In this document: one piece after another, positions 51,614-60,665 of the stretch | Position numbering within the stretch: position 1 is the stretch's first letter | Layout of the letters: the number at the start of each line of letters is the position of its first letter | NCBI GenBank assembly: GCA_944391075.1 | Contig: CALXSG010000005.1 | Span: 1-60,897, forward strand | DNA: 60,897 nt | Source of the DNA: an uncultured Rickettsiales bacterium | GTDB taxonomy: Bacteria > Pseudomonadota > Alphaproteobacteria > Rickettsiales > UBA1997 | Direction of reading: 5' to 3' | The notes under the pieces: model-generated | Told to the model about the DNA's origin: nothing | Seen by the model: only the letters and a program-made list of their open reading frames with translations | Databases searched by the model: none | Program-made: the position numbers and the translations under genes

Positions 51614-54565
51614 TCAAACATCAAGTTCACCTTGTTTATATATTTTAGTCCTATTTAATTTCAACATATCATCAATTGGAGTATTCTTAGCAATAAGATT
51701 ATAAAAATCTTCATCACTCAATAAAGTATAATACCAAGTCCTATTATCTCTATCTTCTGGATTAAATTTATTAATCTTTTCCACAAAATAATAAGCAGAT
51801 TTTAATTTATTTTGTGTATTTTCATTATCCATTCTATCTTTACCTTTTGTCTCAACAATAAATATATTTTCCTTTGTTTTAACAATAAAATCTGGATAAT
51901 ATCTTGCTAAAAAACCCCTTTCATTAATATATTTTAAATTAATAAAATCAAAAGCTCTTTCTTTAATTTTTAAGAATGCTTCAACATTTGAATCTCTATC
52001 GCAAGCTTCAATAAAATCTCTTTCAAAACCACCTTTATTTGATGGAAAACCAAGCTTTGGATAAATACATTTAGAAACTTCAATTGAATAATTTTCTCTC
52101 ATTGTAATTTGATTTAAACAAGAGAAATATTTTTTCTCAATTACCATTTTCTCAATTTCTAAATTATTTTGCATTTTAATAATCATTTCACTTAATTGTT
52201 TAATTAAATGAGTAGTAATTTCAGCTTTTTCTAACATCAATATTCGCCAATTCTCATCAACAAAAGGATTAAATTCTTCTTCAAAAAGTTTATGTCTAAT
52301 ATAATTATCAATTATAGCAATTAAATAAGCTTGATTTATTTGCATTGATGGATATGATTTTTTCTTTTTATCAAGATGATTATTACTATAAATATTTACA
52401 TTTTTACAAATATTATTAATCAAAGAAGTAAGATATTCATTATAACTATTTGCTGTGAAAGTTTCACTATTAACTCTATAAGTTCCAAATTGAGTTTGTG
52501 TAATAATTTCTCTTGATCTAAAAATTTCTCCTGTATGTTTTTTAACATAATCTTTTAATTCTTCTAAATTTAATTTAGTTTGAATAGGTTTTATATCATC
52601 AATAGTCAATTGTGGAACTGATAATTCTTCTACTTCATCTTTAACAATTACAGGCCAAAATAAATCATACTTTTCATAATTTTCTTTTAAATCAACTTTT
52701 ATTAAATCACCCAATGTTTTTTTAGGTGAATATTCTTGCTCTTCAACAACAACTCCTTCTTCAATTAATTTTTCATAGAATTTTTTATAATTAGGATGTT
52801 CTACAATAAACAATATATCATAATAAGCAGAAAATTCTTTACTTTTATCAATAAATAATTTATGTCTATTATCAGCTTTTATTTCATTAATAACATCATC
52901 ATTTCTCCACATCAATCTTAATCCCCTACCTATTGTTTGTTCCAACAATATTTGCGAAGATGAAGATCTTAAAGGAACCACAACACATATATTATTAACA
53001 TCAAAACCTTCTCTCAACATCAAAACAGACACAATAACTTTTACTTCATCATTTTTATCAACATTATTCAATTTAATCTTTAAATTATTCCATTCATTTT
53101 CAGATATTGAACCCTTTTTAGAAGAATCAACCCTCAATATAGATTTCTCATTCAAACCACAATCACTTTGTAAAAATTCTTCAACCAATGGTGTTATTTC
53201 TGTATCTTCACAAATAACCATCATTTTTGGAGTTTTACCAAGTTTAGAAAATTGCTCTTCCAATGTAGACAACTTTGCCAAACCAGCTCTCAACATTATT
53301 CTTTGACCATCAGACAAATATTTATTATTTTTCTCACCTTCTGCTTTAAAATTCAAATCACCATCTTGAATACTTGCAGTTTGTATTCTTTCATCAATAC
53401 TAACAATTTTAACAAGACCTTGTTGAATAGCCTTAACAAGTGGAAAATCAACAATAATATGTGGAAAATAATTTTTAGCATCAGACTCATTAGAAACATT
53501 ATTATAAGGAGTAGCCGAGAAATCTATCTGCAAAAATCCTTTATCTTTATTTTTAGAAGCTAAATTAATAATAGCTTCCCACACCAAATCTTCATCCTTT
53601 TTCAAATCATGAATATGGTGCGCTTCATCATTTATAATACATAAATTATTTAAAGAACTCAAATACTTTATACTATCACCAATAGTATATCTTGAATCCA
53701 AAACATTCAAATCAGAGCCAGCATTTTTACTAGGTGGCAACTCCAAAACATCATCAACCAAATTTTTCATAGCCTTCAAGCTATAATCATCACATACAAT
53801 TTTTTCCTTTTCATCTTCTTTTTTAGACAACAAATCTTTATCAAAATCATACAAATATTGCCAATTAGTAATAGCAATCAACCCACTACCAGTAATTTTT
53901 TTACCTATTTCATCCTTTTTAACAAGATTATTATTAACAAAAGAATACAGAGTTTCCCTATACTCATAAGGCAAAAATAAATCTTCATTTCTTTTTATAT
54001 CAGATGTATTAAAATCCCTACCACCACCATCTTTTTCTTTTCCCAAAAAAGAATCCAATAATCTATCATAAACAATAACACCCGGTGCTATAATCAAAAA
54101 ATTTTTTATCCAATTAACATCACTATCTTTATTATACATAGCATTCAAAACTTGCCATATAAACAAAGCATTCATAACAAATGTCTTACCTGTTCCAGTA
54201 GCCATTTTAATACAATATTTTAAAGTATCATATTTATCATTTTTAATCGCAGACAAAAACTCATCATCTATAAAAACTTCACCAACATCATCTTCAATAA
54301 TTGAATAAACATCAAAAATATTTTTACACTTCAAAACTTCATAACAATATATAGCATTCAAAATAGCTTGCTTTTGCCCTTCGTGAAAATTTATACTTCT
54401 ATTATCACAAGTATCTTGACTAAACCAATACTCCAACAATTCAGCAGTAACATCACTAACATTATCATAAATAGATTCACTTTCCCATTCATTCAAAACA
54501 ATTTTACTAAGAGCTTCTGCAAATTTTATAGGTTTACTACCAGTAGTTAATTTATTTTTACTCAT
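51614..54565 (-). CDS. res: Type III restriction enzyme, Res subunit
   Basis: SF2 helicase motifs MATGTGKTFV and NDEAHHI, plus a C-terminal PD-(D/E)xK motif YYPDFIVKTKENIFIVETKG. Confidence 0.9.
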   Translation of the reverse strand: MSKNKLTTGSKPIKFAEALSKIVLNEWESESIYDNVSDVTAELLEYWFSQDTCDNRSINFHEGQKQAILNAIYCYEVLKCKNIFDVYSIIEDDVGEVFIDDEFLSAIKNDKYDTLKYCIKMATGTGKTFVMNALFIWQVLNAMYNKDSDVNWIKNFLIIAPGVIVYDRLLDSFLGKEKDGGGRDFNTSDIKRNEDLFLPYEYRETLYSFVNNNLVKKDEIGKKITGSGLIAITNWQYLYDFDKDLLSKKEDEKEKIVCDDYSLKAMKNLVDDVLELPPSKNAGSDLNVLDSRYTIGDSIKYLSSLNNLCIINDEAHHIHDLKKDEDLVWEAIINLASKNKDKGFLQIDFSATPYNNVSNESDAKNYFPHIIVDFPLVKAIQQGLVKIVSIDERIQTASIQDGDLNFKAEGEKNNKYLSDGQRIMLRAGLAKLSTLEEQFSKLGKTPKMMVICEDTEITPLVEEFLQSDCGLNEKSILRVDSSKKGSISENEWNNLKIKLNNVDKNDEVKVIVSVLMLREGFDVNNICVVVPLRSSSSQILLEQTIGRGLRLMWRNDDVINEIKADNRHKLFIDKSKEFSAYYDILFIVEHPNYKKFYEKLIEEGVVVEEQEYSPKKTLGDLIKVDLKENYEKYDLFWPVIVKDEVEELSVPQLTIDDIKPIQTKLNLEELKDYVKKHTGEIFRSREIITQTQFGTYRVNSETFTANSYNEYLTSLINNICKNVNIYSNNHLDKKKKSYPSMQINQAYLIAIIDNYIRHKLFEEEFNPFVDENWRILMLEKAEITTHLIKQLSEMIIKMQNNLEIEKMVIEKKYFSCLNQITMRENYSIEVSKCIYPKLGFPSNKGGFERDFIEACDRDSNVEAFLKIKERAFDFINLKYINERGFLARYYPDFIVKTKENIFIVETKGKDRMDNENTQNKLKSAYYFVEKINKFNPEDRDNRTWYYTLLSDEDFYNLIAKNTPIDDMLKLNRTKIYKQGELDV

Positions 54566-54566
54566 C

Positions 54567-56441
54567 TTAAATCTCCTTTATACATATTGCTTCACCACCA
54601 AATATATCAACAGCCTTCACACATATTTTTCTACTTCCATAAGTTGTTTTAGGAACATTCAAAACAGCAACTTTATCAACCATCAACTCATTAGCATTAT
54701 TTTCATTACCCCTATAATCTTGCCACTTACTCCTAAATACTTGACCATCATAATCAGGATCAACCGACCAATATTCAACCATAGCCAAAGGATTAACTGC
54801 CACAATCTTTTTAACTTTTTCAGCTTCTTCTTGTTTCAAAGGCAAACAATCAGGATCCAAATAAATATAATTATCAAGTTCAACTATTATTTTTTCTTCA
54901 AAATCATTATTACCAGCCTTAACAATAGGTTCTTTAATACTCAAATAATTCAAACTTGAAAACTTAACTTCTTTTTTCTCAACAAGAGTCCTCAATTCTT
55001 TTTTCTTCAACAAATCAAACAAATTTTGCGGAATAACCAAAACTTGCAAATTTTTATCTTGATTCAACTCATCAATAATATTAACTATATCAGGAACAAA
55101 TTGCCAACCCAAAACAACCAATTTTTTAAAGCCACCAAGCAAATTTTCCTTCAACTTCAAAGCTTTTAAAATAGTAGCCTTACTAGTAATCATTCTAGGA
55201 CTATCAACATAAACCAAAGTTTTTTCTTCCTTCACATAACCAACATTATTAGGAATATTATTATCATCATCAAAAACACTAGCCCCATACAATTGCAATA
55301 TAACCCTTGCCAAATCACCAATTCTTTTAAACTTACTACTTTCAAACATTTCTTTCTGATAATCACCAATAGCTTGAAACAAAAATGGTTTAGCATCATT
55401 ATCAATCATCCTTTTTCTAGTAATCAAAGTAGAAGGTTTACCAATATCTGTTGTAATCCACTTTCTACCCAACTTTTCAGCCACACTCGCAGTAGTCCCA
55501 CTTCCACAAAAGAAATCTGCAACTATCGAGCCTTCATTACTACTTGCTTTTATGATTCTTTCTAATAGTGCTTCGGGTTTTTGAGTAAAATATTTTACAT
55601 TTTCTTTTGCTTGTGGATTAACTATTGGTATATCCCAAGTATCATCAATAGGTGTTTCTGATGAATTAGGATATATTTTATTTCCATTTACCCATTTAAA
55701 TTTTTTTCCTTCTTCATCAACTTGATCATATTTTTTTTCCCATCCTTCTTTTTTTTCTCTATATTGTATATTAAATATATAACTATTTATATTTTTAACA
55801 TATCTAAAAATGACATCATGTTTTTTAGCAAAATCTCTTTTTGGTGAATTTCCACTAACATAATGCCATATAATCTCATTTCTAAAATTCTCTTTTCCAA
55901 AAATCTCATCCATTAAAACTTTAACATAATGTCCCACATGCCAATCAATATGAACATAAATACTGCCTTTGTCGCTCAATAATTCTTTCATTAAACATAA
56001 TCTAGGATACATCATTTCTAAATAACTAACTGTGCCATCTTTCCAAGTGTCGCTGTATGCAAATTGTTCTAAAATTGTAGGTTTTGTTTCTATTTCTGCA
56101 TCGGGAAGTTGTATATTGGTTCTGTAATCTGCTTTGCTGTCAAAAGGTGGATCAATATAAATTAAATCAATACTATTTCTTAAAGATGGAGTAATATCGT
56201 CGCCTATTAATAGTGCTTGCATTGCTAATAAATTATCACCATAAACAAGTCTGTTTACCCATTCTTTTTTGCTAGGGTCTTTTAAAACTCCATTAAATAA
56301 ATTGTTTGTGTTTTTTGAAGGCAATACATATTCATTTGTTTGCAATGTTAATTTTTCACCATTGTCAATATTTTCTAAAATTCTTGCAACTTTCTTTTTG
56401 CCTTCTGCAACAATGCTTGGCAATTCGTCTATTAATGACAT
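54567..56441 (-). CDS. mod: Type III restriction-modification methyltransferase, Mod subunit
   Basis: DLIYIDPPF (motif IV) lies N-terminal of [20 protein letters not shown] (motif I), the beta-class order. The ATG at 56441 has an AAGGAG RBS. The stop is 1 nt before the res start. Confidence 0.9.
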   Translation of the reverse strand: MSLIDELPSIVAEGKKKVARILENIDNGEKLTLQTNEYVLPSKNTNNLFNGVLKDPSKKEWVNRLVYGDNLLAMQALLIGDDITPSLRNSIDLIYIDPPFDSKADYRTNIQLPDAEIETKPTILEQFAYSDTWKDGTVSYLEMMYPRLCLMKELLSDKGSIYVHIDWHVGHYVKVLMDEIFGKENFRNEIIWHYVSGNSPKRDFAKKHDVIFRYVKNINSYIFNIQYREKKEGWEKKYDQVDEEGKKFKWVNGNKIYPNSSETPIDDTWDIPIVNPQAKENVKYFTQKPEALLERIIKASSNEGSIVADFFCGSGTTASVAEKLGRKWITTDIGKPSTLITRKRMIDNDAKPFLFQAIGDYQKEMFESSKFKRIGDLARVILQLYGASVFDDDNNIPNNVGYVKEEKTLVYVDSPRMITSKATILKALKLKENLLGGFKKLVVLGWQFVPDIVNIIDELNQDKNLQVLVIPQNLFDLLKKKELRTLVEKKEVKFSSLNYLSIKEPIVKAGNNDFEEKIIVELDNYIYLDPDCLPLKQEEAEKVKKIVAVNPLAMVEYWSVDPDYDGQVFRSKWQDYRGNENNANELMVDKVAVLNVPKTTYGSRKICVKAVDIFGGEAICIKEI

Positions 56442-56552
56442 AAACTCCTTTAATATGTTAATAAATTTATTCAAGAATAAAAAAAATTTTTGAAAAATCA
56501 ATTATTATATTGATTATTATTGATTAAGTTTAATGTTATGTGAGTATAAAAA
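56401..56552. repeat. Direct repeat copy 1 (mod start codon, RBS and upstream region)
   Basis: Aligns with 58818-58969. About nine in ten positions are identical by eye, with two 1-nt indels. Confidence 0.85.
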
Positions 56553-56647
56553 TATATACTTCCTAAATTTAACATTTTTTGTTAAATTTTTGTTGATTTT
56601 TACAAAAAAAATTTATATTATTATTTTATCAATAAAATTTTAAGAAA

Positions 56648-57985
56648 ATGTTAGTTAGTTTTAGTGTTGAAAATTTTAAATCTTTTGCGAAAAAAGAAAC
56701 TTTGTCTATGGCTCTTGCAACTAAGATAAAAAAAAACATTTTGACTAATAATTTTTTTAAAACAGGAAATAAAACTTATGATAATCTATTAAAAATTGCT
56801 TGTTTTTATGGAGCCAATGCTAGTGGTAAGACTAAATTTATTGAAGCAATACATAGTTTTTTATTCTTTTTTAAAGAAGAGTTGCAAGAAGTTGATGATA
56901 ATTTTGAGGATATATATGAACCATTTGCTTTTGATAAAGAGAATTCAAATAAGCCTATAACATTTAGTCTAGAATTCATTGTGAAAAATGTTTTATATTC
57001 TTATCTTATTTCTTATAATAAAAATTCAATAGTAAAAGAGAAATTAATTAAATTTAATAAAAATAAAGAAGAAGTTATTTTTTCAATAGAAAAAGATAAT
57101 ATTGATAAATCTATATTTTCAAAAGATATTGAAGAATTATCTAAAAATACAATATTAAAAATACAAAAGCAAAATTATAATAATTCATTTTTGAGACTTT
57201 TTGATCAAGATTCTACTTCTGATATATTAACAGATATTCTTTTATTTTTTAAAACAAAAATTAATGTAATATTATGTGAATCAAGATTTGATGAAAGAAT
57301 ATTCGCCGGAAATACAGCAGAAAAATATATAAAAAATAATAGTAATGATAGACAATTAATAACAAATATATTAAAAACAACTTGTAATTCTTTTACTGAA
57401 ATTAATATAAATCAAATAGATGTAGATTTAGAGAAAATGAAAATACCTGCCGGGCTAAAAAAACTTTTACAAGATGAAAAAAAATTAAAAAGATTGGATA
57501 TAAAATTTAAACATAAAAATACCGAATTGGATATAAGGGATGAATCAAGTGGAACTAAGATAATGTTTGGATTATCAGGAAGATTAATAGATCTTTTTAG
57601 AAATGGTGGTGTTATTTTTATTGATGAATTGGATAAAAATTTACATCCTGATATTTTGGTTTATTTAATAAAATTATTTCAAAATAAAAATATAAATATA
57701 AGTAATGCTCAATTAGTTTTTACAATACATAATGATATTCTTTTAGATCAATTTTATGATGAAATTTTAGAAAAAAGAGTATCTTTATTAAGAAGAGATC
57801 AAATATATTTTATTAATAAAGACAGAAATGAAGCTTCACATTTAAATAGGGCTGTTGATTATACAGGAACACAATTTAGAGATAATATGGTTAAATTATA
57901 TAGAAATGGTTTTTTTGCTTCAAGACCTTTTGATTTAGAAGAAAGTTATACATTTTTAGAGGAAACAATACATAATGACAAGTAA
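56648..57985 (+). CDS. AAA (AAA_15/21, ABC-like) ATPase, AbiLi/RloA-type
   Basis: Walker A GANASGKTKF and Walker B plus His, VIFIDELDKNLHPD. Overlaps the RloB-like gene by 11 nt. Confidence 0.75.
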   Translation: MLVSFSVENFKSFAKKETLSMALATKIKKNILTNNFFKTGNKTYDNLLKIACFYGANASGKTKFIEAIHSFLFFFKEELQEVDDNFEDIYEPFAFDKENSNKPITFSLEFIVKNVLYSYLISYNKNSIVKEKLIKFNKNKEEVIFSIEKDNIDKSIFSKDIEELSKNTILKIQKQNYNNSFLRLFDQDSTSDILTDILLFFKTKINVILCESRFDERIFAGNTAEKYIKNNSNDRQLITNILKTTCNSFTEININQIDVDLEKMKIPAGLKKLLQDEKKLKRLDIKFKHKNTELDIRDESSGTKIMFGLSGRLIDLFRNGGVIFIDELDKNLHPDILVYLIKLFQNKNINISNAQLVFTIHNDILLDQFYDEILEKRVSLLRRDQIYFINKDRNEASHLNRAVDYTGTQFRDNMVKLYRNGFFASRPFDLEESYTFLEETIHNDK

Positions 57986-58784
57986 AAAAAAGAATATAGG
58001 TAAATCAAATTTAGATACAGGTGATAAAGATATAAATATTTTAATAATATGCGAAGGTAAAAATACCGAAAGAATGTATTTAGCTAAATATTTTAAATTA
58101 CTAGTTAAAAAGATATTTGAAAAAGAAATAGAAGACTTTTATTTTTTAGATCCTTATGGAGAAGATCAAGAAGGAAAATTTAAAAATTTTAGATTTGAAG
58201 CAAAAAATAATGATGGAAATACTTTATCTGTTATTCATATTCAAATAGAACATACTGGAAAAACTGATCCTTTGGGTATTGTAAATCAAGGAAATGAAAG
58301 GTCTAGTAATTATGATTATGTTTATTGTGTTTTTGATAAAGATGGACATGTGGAAGGAAGACTAGAAAATTATAATAAAGCAATGAGACAAGTAATTAAA
58401 AAAAATGTAACAATAATTAATTCTATTCCATTTTTTGAATTGTTTATTGCTTTACATTTTAAATATACTACTTCTGAAAATTATTGTAATAATTCTAGTG
58501 ATGATTTTATAAAAAATGTTCTTAAAAAAGAATTTAAATTAGAATATTCTAAAACATGTAAAGATTTTTATAAATCTTGGGAAAAAATAAAAGATAAAAT
58601 TTCTAATGGAATAAATAATTCTATTAAATTATCAAAGGAAGATTTTAATATAAAAACAAATTTTCATATACTTTTAATTGATTTATTTAAAATATTTACT
58701 GAAAAGGTTTCTGACGAAAAATATATAACAAAAAATAAAAATGATAGTGAAGTTATTAAGGTTATGAAAAAAATATTTGAATAA
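57975..58784 (+). CDS. RloB-like (Toprim-like) protein, AbiLii-type
   Basis: The N-terminal ILIICEGKNTERMYL matches the RloB family signature (CEG..TE..Y), with a later FDKDG acidic motif. Confidence 0.7.
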   Translation: MTSKKKNIGKSNLDTGDKDINILIICEGKNTERMYLAKYFKLLVKKIFEKEIEDFYFLDPYGEDQEGKFKNFRFEAKNNDGNTLSVIHIQIEHTGKTDPLGIVNQGNERSSNYDYVYCVFDKDGHVEGRLENYNKAMRQVIKKNVTIINSIPFFELFIALHFKYTTSENYCNNSSDDFIKNVLKKEFKLEYSKTCKDFYKSWEKIKDKISNGINNSIKLSKEDFNIKTNFHILLIDLFKIFTEKVSDEKYITKNKNDSEVIKVMKKIFE

Positions 58785-58807
58785 TTTATTATTTTTTGAT
58801 TTAATTA

Positions 58808-58858
58808 CTAATTTTTACCTTCTGCAACAATTCTTGGTAATTCGTCTATTAATGACAT
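58808..58858 (-). pseudogene. Orphan 5' fragment of a mod gene (16 codons, then a stop)
   Basis: The - strand reads ATG TCA TTA ATA GAC GAA TTA CCA AGA ATT GTT GCA GAA GGT AAA AAT TAG. This equals the [14 protein letters not shown] of the intact mod and has the same AAGGAG RBS. Confidence 0.8.
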
Positions 58859-58969
58859 AAACTCCTTTAAATATATTAATAAATTTGTTTAAGAATAAAA
58901 AAATTTTTTGAAAAATCAATTATTATGTTGATTATTATTGATTAAGTTTGATGTTATGTGAATATAAAA
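58818..58969. repeat. Direct repeat copy 2
   Basis: See 56401-56552. Confidence 0.85.
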
Positions 58970-58992
58970 TTTATCTATATTTCTATAATTTT

Positions 58993-59047
58993 TTATTTTT
59001 TATACTTCCATAAAATTTTTATTGCGATAATATTAATATTTTTATTA
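58993..59047 (+). repeat. Copy B of the TACTTCC motif
   Basis: TTATTTTTTATACTTCCATAAAATTTTTATTGCGATAATATTAATATTTTTATT. Confidence 0.6.
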
Positions 59048-59260
59048 TTTTTTGATAATTAAATTTATTATCTATAATGTTTAGTATTATGATATAGCGA
59101 TTAAATGACAAAATAGTAAATAATGTTATACTTATTGTTTGACTTCATGTTATACAATATAGTGCTACACTCAATATCATAAATTATAAATGGAAATTAT
59201 TATTGTTGGCTTTTCTTATAATTCTTATGAATCTAAATTTTTTATTTAATTTATTTTTTA

Positions 59261-59306
59261 TACTTCCATAAATTTTTTATTATAATAGTATTAATAATTT
59301 TAATTG
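59261..59306 (+). repeat. Copy C of the TACTTCC motif
   Basis: TTATTTTTTATACTTCCATAAATTTTTTATTATAATAGTATTAATAATTTT. Confidence 0.6.
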
Positions 59307-59640
59307 TTTATTATTTATAATATATCAAATACTATATTATAAAAAAATTCTGTTCTAATGCAAATGCAAGATTTTTATTTACATTTCTATAAATGTTTAT
59401 TCTACTAAGAATAGAGTTTAATCTTGTTGTAAATTTTATGAGTGCTTTTTTTACACTTATATTTGTATTTATGTTCTTTTATTTATTTTTATATATATTA
59501 TCGCTAGTTTAGATTCTAATTATCGTCTATTTATAATAATTGTAACTGTGATATTATACTTAATATTATACTTGAAAACTAAGTCTCACTATTACTAGAT
59601 TTTACTATCAATCTTAAGATTCAATATTTTATAATTTAAT

Positions 59641-59695
59641 TTATTTTTTATACTTCCTTAAAATTTTTATCATGATAGTATTAATAATTTTTAAT
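59641..59695 (+). repeat. Copy D of the TACTTCC motif
   Basis: TTATTTTTTATACTTCCTTAAAATTTTTATCATGATAGTATTAATAATTTTTAATT. Confidence 0.6.
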
Positions 59696-59751
59696 TATTT
59701 TATTTTCAATTCTTGTATATTCTGTTTTTAGATTTGTTATTGGTAATTATA

Positions 59752-60665
59752 GATTGCTTCGCTTCGCTCGCAATGACAGTACCCCCTACATCGTCATTGC
59801 GAGAGTTCGTAGAACTTGTGGCAATCTCGTGATGGAACATTATAACAGTCAAACAAAACTCGTCATTGCGAGGCTTTGAAAAAGCCGTGGCAATCTCGGG
59901 ATGGCAACCACTACACACAACCAAAACTTCTCATTGTGAAGGCCAAAGGCCTGTGGCAATCTCAGTATGGGACACCAGGGTACTCAACCCCCACTGTCAT
60001 TGCGAGAACCGAAGGTTCGTGGCAATCTCGGTATAGGACATAATTATTCTATTGATAATTTTTTTTCTTTTCTGTTTTTGGTAGTGGTTCTGTGGTTTGT
60101 GGATTGCTTTGCTTCGCTCGCAATGACAAAGGGGAAAAGGGGTGGTGAATTCTTTTTCTTTTTTATAAAAGAAGAAACCAGTAGTAGTTGTGGATTGCTT
60201 CGTTTCACTCGCAATGACAGTACACACAAACTTGTCATTGCGAGAGTTCGTAGAACTTGTGGCAATCTCATTTATTTTAGACTTGTCATTGCGAAGGCCG
60301 CCCTACCCACACAGTCATTGCAAGAGCCAACCCACACTCGTCATTGCGAGGGCTTGAAAAGCCCGTGGCAATCTCGTTATGGCAACAACCACACCCAATC
60401 CACCAGTGTCATTGCGAGAACCGAAGGTTCGTGGCAATCTCAGTATGGGTACAATTATTCATTCATATAATTCTTTTGTTTTCTGTTTTTGCATTAACTA
60501 TTAGTGGTTTGTGGATTGCTTCGTTTCACTCGCAATGACAGTATCCCCACACCGTCATTGCGAGAGTTCGTAGAACTCGTGGCAATCTTGATATAGAGTA
60601 TTGTGGTAAAAGCATTACTCAACCCCCCTGCGACTTCGTCGCTTCCCCCCTTACAAAGGGAGGCA
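59752..60665. repeat. Dense field of ~40-nt palindromic (REP/MITE-like) elements arranged as a higher-order tandem repeat
   Basis: At least 10 units of GTCATTGCGAG-[short perfect hairpin]-GTGGCAATCTC, plus 4 inverted units of GATTGCTTCG.TTC.CTCGCAATGAC. The same module order recurs from ~59720, ~60066 and ~60470. Confidence 0.85.

Noticed and set aside
54567-56441. Phase-variable simple sequence repeats in mod, which are common in type III systems.
   Set aside because: The coding sequence has no long homopolymer or tetranucleotide/pentanucleotide tract. There are only A/T runs in the upstream region.
53252-56493. + strand ORFs antisense to res and mod (53252-53563, 54368-54550, 54720-54959, 55293-55565, 56269-56493).
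   Set aside because: Most lie in the G-poor composition tract, where frames stay open by chance. All sit entirely inside genes that carry clear catalytic motifs on the other strand.
59438-59512. A 24-aa very hydrophobic ORF (MSAFFTLIFVFMFFYLFLYILSLV) in the gene-free stretch, considered as a possible type I toxin.
   Set aside because: It has no RBS and no obvious antisense RNA partner. T-rich DNA yields Phe/Leu/Ile-rich ORFs by chance. It is kept only as a note.
59706-60538. Five ORFs of 64-167 aa in the ORF track (59706-59924, 59967-60470, 59997-60227, 60044-60271, 60344-60538).
   Set aside because: They overlap each other on both strands and consist of translated palindromic repeats (VIASEAKQS, CHCE.., RNDE.. 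peptides). They are repeat artefacts, not genes.
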